From Ginkgo biloba (taxonomy: Eukaryota > Plantae > Ginkgophyta): DNA of 17,092 bases. Every line of letters begins with the position of its first letter. The stretch's first letter is position 1. The translations under genes were made by a program, and so were the position numbers. The stretch is taken from assembly GCA_024626585.2 (NCBI GenBank), contig JANKJI020000002.1, positions 73,574,239 to 73,591,330 of the forward strand, read 5' to 3'. This document shows, piece after piece, positions 9,794 to 17,092 of the stretch. The notes under the pieces are model-generated. The model was not told where the DNA came from, did no database searches, and saw nothing but the letters and a program-made list of their open reading frames with translations.

Positions 9794-11084
9794 NNNNNNN
9801 NNNNNNNNNNNNNNNNNNNNNNNNNNNNNNNNNNNNNNNNNNNNNNNNNNNNNNNNNNNNNNNNNNNNNNNNNNNNNNNNNNNNNNNNNNNNNCATGGGC
9901 AGGGTGTATTCCTAGCTCATTCTATCGGCTATAGCTATTGGTGTAGCCATAGGTTTAGTGGTTCCTAGCACAATCACTAGGGTATGGTCTGTTGGTGCAG
10001 TTATGAAATCGACAGAGGTTTCGGTCTAAGTCTATTGGTGTAGTCTTAGGACCTAGGGCTATTGGTGTAATCCAAGGGTCTAGGGTTATAGGTTTAACAC
10101 TAGGGTTTGAACCAAACCCTTACTATTAGGAAGGAGGATTAATGGTTTCCCCAAAGGGGGAAATCGAATCCATGATGCCGAAGGCTTGGTATCCTCTCCT
10201 AGCGTAGGGATTGAAGGGTGGGCTCTAGCAGATCGATAATAGCCACTAAGGGCTGATGGTAGCATTTATGCGCTGAAGGTTTGGCTACCCACGTAGGAGA
10301 GCTCCATAGGCGATCCCCATGGCCAACCAGTAGTGCTGAACACATTACAAAGATCTTCCCTACTAACGACTAACATACTAACCATTGACATGCTAATGTT
10401 AACATAAATAAATATTTGTTAATTGAAGTGGTAGATGTTTTTGCTCTTTAGCTATATATGTTATTTGTTGTTGTTTCTAGGGAAGCAGGCTGTTACAGTA
10501 GGAGTGTACTCGATCTTCCCCATAACCACTAATTGCTTACTATGCTTACTATCCTAGGTTGAAGATTGGGGTTTCCAAGGTCTTATATAATTTTCTAACC
10601 AACTGCATTTCATCTATTAGATCATAGAGATCTTTTGTTCAAGATGATATAGGATTGGAAGGTAGATTATCTAATCTTGGTTCGTCCAAGAAATATTTAA
10701 GGGCCTAACTCTTATCTATTTGGAATTGGCCATTCTTGCGCAATTCTGAGTACATGAACGAGCCTCGCAATGGTTGGGCATAAGAAAGTCTGTCATCCTC
10801 CCCAACGCATGTACTTGCGTGCAATTCCTCCTGTAATAGTCCAGTCCTTCAACCCAACCACTTAGTAAATTAAAATCCAGTAATGAAATAACATAATTAA
10901 ATATAGNNNNNNNNNNNNNNNNNNNNNNNNNNNNNNNNNNNNNNNNNNNNNNNNNNNNNNNNNNNNNNNNNNNNNNNNNNNNNNNNNNNNNNNNNNNNNN
11001 NNNNNNATCAAATGAGTGATTTGTTACTTCTTTACAAAGATTGCCTGAATAGTAAAATTATCAACATGAAAGTTCACAAATGGG

Positions 11085-11965
11085 AATTTATTGGCCATTA
11101 TCCATCCAAACTTGAGGTCAGATGAGTGCCAAATTTGCACTTATCACACCTTGTTTGATTGGAGACTTCATGCAAATTCTACATATAGTGCTTGGCGACC
11201 TTGCAACAGAAGGTAAATGGCAAAGTACTATGATGGATGGCATAATGATGAACTATTCATAGTAGTGGTAGTGACTGTCGCATGACACATAAAAGAGAGG
11301 AAATAGTCAAGTTGCTAAGAGAAGATATAATATCTATAGTTAAGTTGTTGAGAGCAGATATATTCTCTTATTAGTGCCTAAAGTCTATAAGTCCATTGGG
11401 AATGAAAGAGGTCTTTTGTTTTCATATGATTTTTGAAAGATTTTTTTAGGTGCTTTTTCTTGTTGGATTTCAGTATTGGGGAAACATCTTCAAACTAATG
11501 GGTAGACAAAGCCCCTTAACCAGATCATGGAGGACATGGTGATGTTGGTAGAAGGCAAATAGTGTGGGAAGTTTGTTGAGTTTTCCTACAGTAATAGTAA
11601 GCATGATGCAATTACACCTTTGGAAGTGAGTATTGGTGCATTCTGGGGAGAGTTTTAGTTTTACAATAAATGTTAAGAGGAGATGCCCATAGATTACGGG
11701 CTTGCAGGACCAGCAGTTGAATTCAACATATTGATATTGTGGTTTTGAGACAGAATAGATTGATCTTGGGGAGGCAAAGTTAAATTCAACGGACTGAAGC
11801 AATATGAATCAGCTATGACATAGATGCATGTCCCATAAAGACTTGTAAATGAGTTGGAATTGAAGAATGCAGAAGTACAGAGCTTGATTGAAGACCCTCC
11901 CCATTATTTTGTAAGCTTGATCGCACTAGCTAACTAAATCTTGTATGTTCCATGTGAATTTGTAT
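11085..11965 (+). mobile_element. Highly degenerate Ty3/gypsy integrase remnant (second, independent element)
   Basis: Motifs occur in canonical order: YWP (11089-11097), CQIC (11127-11138), EGKWQSTMMDGI (about 11209-11244). One frame 11374-11637 then reads VPKVYKSIGNERGLLFSYDF*K...HLQTNG*TKPLNQIMEDMV...FVEFSYSNSKH...TPLEVSIG, compared with consensus GVPKSIVSDRD..F...FW..HPQTDGQTE..NQILEDML..VEFAYNNS.H...PFE.LYG. MFHVNL at 11945-11962 resembles VFHVSLL. Multiple stops and indels. Confidence 0.8.
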
Positions 11966-13324
11966 ATGGGGTTAAAGGTATCCAATGTTAACCTTGATCT
12001 CTCATAGAGAATGTGAATACTGCAAAGAGCTGTGGATCCCCTCAATGTATGCCTTCATTTTTATCTCAGCAGCTGTGTCGGATCACCAACATTGGTAATG
12101 GAGAGTTTGATTGGCTGAGCAATTTGTTGTTGGATAGAAAAATGTTGTAGCTTCCATTTTACTTATAAAGAAAGTTGTGAATGTTTCATGTTTGGATGTG
12201 CAAATTGCTCTCCAATATGAATGTTCTGCATGTTTAGCTTAATTGCATGGATTGCACTTTTTATGAAATGGATGAATTAGTCATTATTGTTGGATCCTTT
12301 TATTGTGGGTTGTACCCCTCCCCCTACTTTCAGATGTTAGATGCATAGAGGATTAGACAGTTGAGTGGCACTTGAATGTTTGTTGCTTGCTTTTAACTGC
12401 TAGAAGCTGATGGAGGGTGGAAAGTACAGTTACAGTCTTTACCTCTCCTCTTTGTATTTTCTTTCCTTGGTTTTGGCTGTGTTATGTACCATTTTTCTCA
12501 CCCTAAGTTTCTTTGCAAGGGTTTTAACCTTAATCTACATTTGCTTCACAATCAGCTTTCAGATTAAGTTGTTTTGAGATAGTAGCTAAAATGGTTAACA
12601 ATTAAACATGCCTGAGCTCTGTTCAAAGGTATTACTGAGGTATCATTCAGCCTTGTGTGATCATTGTTGCTGATCCCTTTGTTTTTGGGATTGTGTAAAG
12701 CATCTTTATCNNNNNNNNNNNNNNNNNNNNNNNNNNNNNNNNNNNNNNNNNNNNNNNNNNNNNNNNNNNNNNNNNNNNNNNNNNNNNNNNNNNNNNNNNN
12801 NNNNNNNNNNNNNNNNNNNNNNNNNNNNNNNNNNNNNNNNNNNNNNNNNNNNNNNNNNNNNNNNNNNNNNNNNNNNNNNNNNNNNNNNNNNNNNNNNNNN
12901 NNNNNNNNNNNNNNNNNNNNNNNNNNNNNNNNNNNNNNNNNNNNNNNNNNNNNNNNNNNNNNNNNNNNNNNNNNNNNNNNNNNNNNNNNNNNNNNNNNNN
13001 NNNNNNNNNNNNNNNNNNNNNNNNNNNNNNNNNNNNNNNNNNNNNNNNNNNNNNNNNNNNNNNNNNNNNNNNCTCCAGTAGAAATCTGGCCAGTGTTTGT
13101 TGCATGATATGGACCATTATTTTTATCTTCTTCTAGTTTTTCATGTAGGAATTGTTAAAATTTCTTTCAACAACTTATATTTTCATGGATGCTGTGTATA
13201 TATGAGACTCACTTTTCATAGATTACTTTATTTATATAATATTCTGTTGGATTTTACATCTAGTATTTTTTGAATGTGGCTTCATACTAAGATCCTAGGA
13301 TTTCTTATTAATTATTTCCGGCGA

Positions 13325-13353
13325 TACTAACAAATATAAATTTATCTCACCAG
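13325..13353 (+). promoter_or_regulatory. Branch point (TACTAAC) and 3' splice acceptor of the FtsH exon
   Basis: TACTAAC at 13325-13331, with the presumptive branch A at 13330. No AG occurs between it and the CAG at 13351-13353, which is preceded by the pyrimidine-rich tttatctcac. Confidence 0.8.
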
Positions 13354-13494
13354 GTCCATGCTCGTAAGAAACCTATGGCAGATGATATTGATTACAATGC
13401 CATCGGCACTGTAACAGAAGGCATGGTTGGAGCTCAGTTGGCCAACTTACTTGATATTGCTGCTCTCAAAATGATACGTGATGGAAGAAGTGAG
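13354..13494 (+). CDS. FtsHi2: Internal coding exon (47 codons, phase 0/0) of an FtsH-family AAA+ ATPase gene, AAA lid region; most similar to chloroplast FtsHi2 (protease-inactive FtsH)
   Basis: Acceptor tttatctcacCAG ends at 13353 and donor GAG|GTAGTT starts at 13495. The 141 nt translate to VHARKKPMADDIDYNAIGTVTEGMVGAQLANLLDIAALKMIRDGRSE. This fits the FtsH lid motif (VHAR..., T.G..GA.LAN...AA) and closely resembles my recollection of Arabidopsis FtsHi2 (VHARKKPMAEDLDYMAVASMTDGMVGAELANIVEIAAINMMRDGRTE). ORF 13375-13569 in the track is this exon read from an internal Met and running into the intron. The family call is firm; the paralogue call is from memory. Confidence 0.9.
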
Positions 13495-15450
13495 GTAGTT
13501 TTTTATTTTGCATTTGGATTATTTCTTTACAGAAAATGCAAATGCATTGGTGGAAGTGAAGCAAAATAAATTATTGTAACTGGATTCCTGGGCATATATA
13601 CTTTCTTACAGTTAGCAAGAGTTTTGGGCATAGCAGACTTTGGAAACTTCAGAATCTAGGTATTCAATATCCTAAAATTCTAGTGTGTTCTTATTTTGAC
13701 AGTCTCAAATTGCATGGCTTCATTTATGCAATTTGTAAATTGTTAGGTCAAGGATGGAGTATTTTACTTGCATTGGTGCATATTTTGAAGATCACATTCA
13801 TCACATGCTAATACGAGCATTTTGATCATACAGGGCCTGATTATCTATTTGCCATATACTCATAAGGTTCTATTGTGTGCTTGGTTGAACATTCTGGCTC
13901 TAGTTTTTCATCTTTTTCGATTGCTTGCATTTGATTCTGTGTTTACAAGTGTATATATGCAGTTGCACATGCTCTGTCAGCTGTGTTTGATCTTCACATC
14001 TGAATTCTGACAGAAAGATGGGGATAAAGAATATTCTTGGGCCCACAAATTTGCCGAATATAGAGTTTTGGGAAGCATTGGATGTGTCATGTTGTGATAT
14101 GTGTGGTATATTTTGCATTTCATGCGTAAAGTGTTTAATATAATGTGTTTAATACAAGAGAAATAATCTTACTACTACATTAGTTTTCTCCAAAGTACAT
14201 TCTCCCAGTATCAAGGTGGTTATAAAAGACCTTCATAGGACAATATCCAGGCCTGCACACTGCTACCAACACCAAAAATACTAATCATTGCCAAATAATG
14301 GTCTATGAACCTTTATACCAACCCCAAGAAAAAAAATAAAAATAAATCTAACCGTTGCAATCATAAAATTTCCCCCTTTTATTGATGGTTCCACACTCCC
14401 CTCAGAGGATTCGATGACTAGTAGTGGGTCCTTGATAAAATCATTGCCCTTTATGGCAAATCGCCCACTGACACAATCAGTTATACAAAATCATGGGCAC
14501 CTATGCTTGAACGATCTTAATTTATCATTCGAGGTAAGTGAGAAGTCACTTTCGGTCGCCCTGTGTCTAATTCATTAATACCCTGCTCATCGTGGTGGAT
14601 GCCTGCACTTGATTTCTACTTGGGGTACACAAGGATGGGTCACCTTCACTGCTTTCTTCTATTGTTGCATGCTTTTGANNNNNNNNNNNNNNNNNNNNNN
14701 NNNNNNNNNNNNNNNNNNNNNNNNNNNNNNNNNNNNNNNNNNNNNNNNNNNNNNNNNNNNNNNNNNNNNNNNNNNNNNNNNNNNNNNNNNNNNNNNNNNN
14801 NNNNNNNNNNNNNNNNNNNNNNNNNNNNNNNNNNNNNNNNNNNNNNNNNNNNNNNNNNNNNNNNNNNNNNNNNNNNNNNNNNNNNNNNNNNNNNNNNNNN
14901 NNNNNNNNNNNNNNNNNNNNNNNNNNNNNNNNNNNNNNNNNNNNNNNNNNNNNNNNNNNNNNNNNNNNNNNNNNNNNNNNNNNNNNNNNNNNNNNNNNNN
15001 NNNNNNNNNNNNNNNNNNNNNNNNNNNNNNNNNNNNNNNNNNNNNNNNNNNNNNNNNNNNNNNNNNNNNNNNNNNNNNNNNNNNNNNNNNNNNNNNNNNN
15101 NNNNNNNNNNNNNNNNNNNNNNNNNNNNNNNNNNNNNNNNNNNNNNNNNNNNNNNNNNNNNNNNNNNNNNNNNNNNNNNNNNNNNNNNNNNNNNNNNNNN
15201 NNNNNNNNNNNNNNNNNNNNNNNNNNNNNNNNNNNNNNNNNNNNNNNNNNNNNNNNNNNNNNNNNNNNNNNNNNNNNNNNNNNNNNNNNNNNNNNNNNNN
15301 NNNNNNNNNNNNNNNNNNNNNNNNNNNNNNNNNNNNNNNNNNNNNNNNNNNNNNNNNNNNNNNNNNNNNNNNNNNNNNNNNNNNNNNNNNNNNNNNNNNN
15401 NNNNNNNNNNNNNNNNNNNNNNNNNNNNNNNNNNNNNNNNNNNNNNNNNN

Positions 15451-16760
15451 GAGTCAAAATAATCAAAATGGCTTGAGTAGCAGGAGGAGGAGGATTTGAG
15501 GTTAGAAAAGTGTACCTGAATTGTGAGTAGAAAATTATGTGCAAATAAAAATTGGGGAAGAATGTTTCCTAGCATGAAAGATGGAAGAAGATTGAAAGAG
15601 GAGAATAAGAAGAGCCAATAGGTTGTGGGAATGTGTCTTGCAATGGATGCTGGTATATGAAGGGAAATGATTGACATCAATAAGTGTTTAGTGAGGTGGA
15701 ACAAGGCCCAGAGGAGGATGTTGGAAAAGAGGATACAAATGAAGACACAAATCGCATATTTATTTGGTTGCATCAAATAGTGAAAAAAGATTGAGGATAG
15801 AGTCTTCACATGTGGAAGAAACAAAATTGACTTTGGACTAGGGACTTTGAACATGAAATGTGGGGCAAGTTTTGAGAACAAAAGTAAAAGAAATGTATGT
15901 GATGGAAAGGAGAGGATGTGAGACATGTGGGATTGAATAGAAGGAAAAGACTGACAAAAACAATAGTAGGAAATTAAAGCAAAAGTCATGGGCACTTTAT
16001 GTTCTTGCTAGAGTTCTTGTTTGTATTGTTTCTTCCAGAACTTTCCAATGTAGAATTGATGGGTTATAGTGACAATTTGTGGCAATAGTCATGGAGATTT
16101 GAGCTTAGCTTGGAGGATTAATAGGAGTAGCATAAGGAGGCTTTCCTAACCAAGCATATCACAAAGAATCCATGGTATGCAACTGGCAATTAGCCATGAA
16201 GTCGCCTCCAAAGGTTTGACCAAACAGAATTGGGCGAGTCACAGAAAACCTGCCTTTTGATTTATATTCTAGAAGTTGTAAATTAGTCCAATAGAGGGAT
16301 CGATTTGCACTCTCAATTAACCTTGCTTCCTACATACATCTTTGCCAAAATTTCTACACCGGATAGACATTGACAAATACAAACTAGGAAAATTCTAGTT
16401 CTCTCTAAAATTGTTATATCTTCCAAACCCTAATCCTTCGTGCTGAAAGCCTTATTCAAAGTAAATTTCAATGGGTATTTCCTCCTTGTGAAATTTCAAC
16501 AACGAAAATTATCCTAGAAAAGGAGTTATTGTGCATAGAAGTTTTAATGTCTATTTGTGGGAAAGTGACAATTCCTCTCTAACCCTGGAGAGCTACCCAT
16601 CCTTCCATTGATAATTGGGAAGAGGATGATGAATACTATAGAACATCTTTCATTTGGAAAAATACCCCCATTACAAAGACTAATTATATAGTGACAAGGG
16701 TAATTTTTGGACAAAATTTAGGTATTTTGCTTCTTTCTTCCTCTCCACTCTTAGTGTATT
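15451..16760. mobile_element. Probable LTR-derived non-coding repeat fragment, boundaries undefined
   Basis: Purine-rich plus strand with no credible protein. 16491-16545 (aaatttcaacaacg...aaaaggagttattgtgcatagaagtt) loosely resembles 6630-6682 (gctttccgacg...aaaaagtggagctcgtatgtagaagtt) inside the putative solo LTR. Preceded by a gap of about 770 N. Confidence 0.3.
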
Positions 16761-17092
16761 GAAACACTTGTGAATCCTTTTTGGGTTTGGCCCATACCAC
16801 CAACAAATTATGCATAATCATTCAGAAAGTGGCAAATGGAGTAAAATTTTTGCAGGTAGAGTTTGTGGCAATGTAGTTATATAGCTAATGTATAACTTTT
16901 ATTAAAAACAAACCATCACTACTTTGTTGATAGATTGGTATTGGAGATCAACTTCTATATTCCAACCTAGAACCTCGAGTTAGTTACCAAAATACATTGC
17001 AACGAATACCAAGCATTTTGCTACAAATATAACATAGTTTCTACCTTAATGTGCTAACTAGAAAGGAAAAAGGAAATTTTGTTGGTATCTAT

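Larger units (their letters stand above)
6275..10349 (+). mobile_element. Putative long solo LTR (or collapsed LTR retrotransposon) with 5-bp target-site duplication AAGAT
   Basis: AAGAT (6270-6274) | TGTATGCCC ... CACATTACA | AAGAT (10350-10354). TG...CA ends with a terminal inverted repeat TGTA/TACA. No recognisable coding sequence inside. TATAAATAGGGG at 9589-9600, and internal tandem arrays. No PBS (TGG..) follows 10349 and no polypurine tract immediately precedes 6275. Six N gaps lie inside, and only 14 bp of the left end precede the first gap. Confidence 0.6.

Noticed and set aside
11470-11802. 110-aa minus-strand ORF
   Set aside because: Antisense shadow of the degenerate plus-strand integrase.
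13495-13569. C-terminal part of ORF 13375-13569 (VVFYFAFGLF...) as coding
   Set aside because: It begins at a GT donor, is T-rich, and FtsH similarity stops exactly there. This is intron read-through.
14563-15995. Long ORFs of 296-449 aa (likewise those at 1936-2198, 4412-4894, 6185-6509, 8384-8740, 9642-9896, 12647-13117)
   Set aside because: They are open only because they run through N gaps, and the flanking residues show no protein motifs. The F/L/S/H-rich part of 14646-15995 is the antisense of a purine-rich tract.
16669-16675. CATTACA as a second LTR right end
   Set aside because: No matching left end or TSD was identified, and similar-looking sequence continues past it.

Overview
This is an AT-rich, gap-riddled draft-assembly window from a land-plant nuclear genome with very long, transposon-filled introns. 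That pattern suggests a gymnosperm or similar large genome (inference). It is not prokaryotic. The only host coding sequence I can support is one 141-nt internal exon (13354-13494, +) of an FtsH-family AAA+ gene, most like FtsHi2, with clean splice sites and a TACTAAC branch point. The rest is probably intron. It contains two degenerate Ty3/gypsy integrase remnants in opposite orientations (3081-3858 minus; about 11085-11965 plus, missed by the ORF track). It also contains a frameshifted LINE ORF1-like remnant (about 2107-2600, minus) and a 113-bp tandem duplication. A roughly 4.1-kb non-coding segment (6275-10349) is bounded by TGTA...TACA and a 5-bp AAGAT duplication, and looks like a long solo LTR with a TATA box and internal tandem arrays. 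Most long ORFs in the track are N-gap artefacts. I found no convincing new biological system. Family assignments come from motif recognition from memory, not from database searches.
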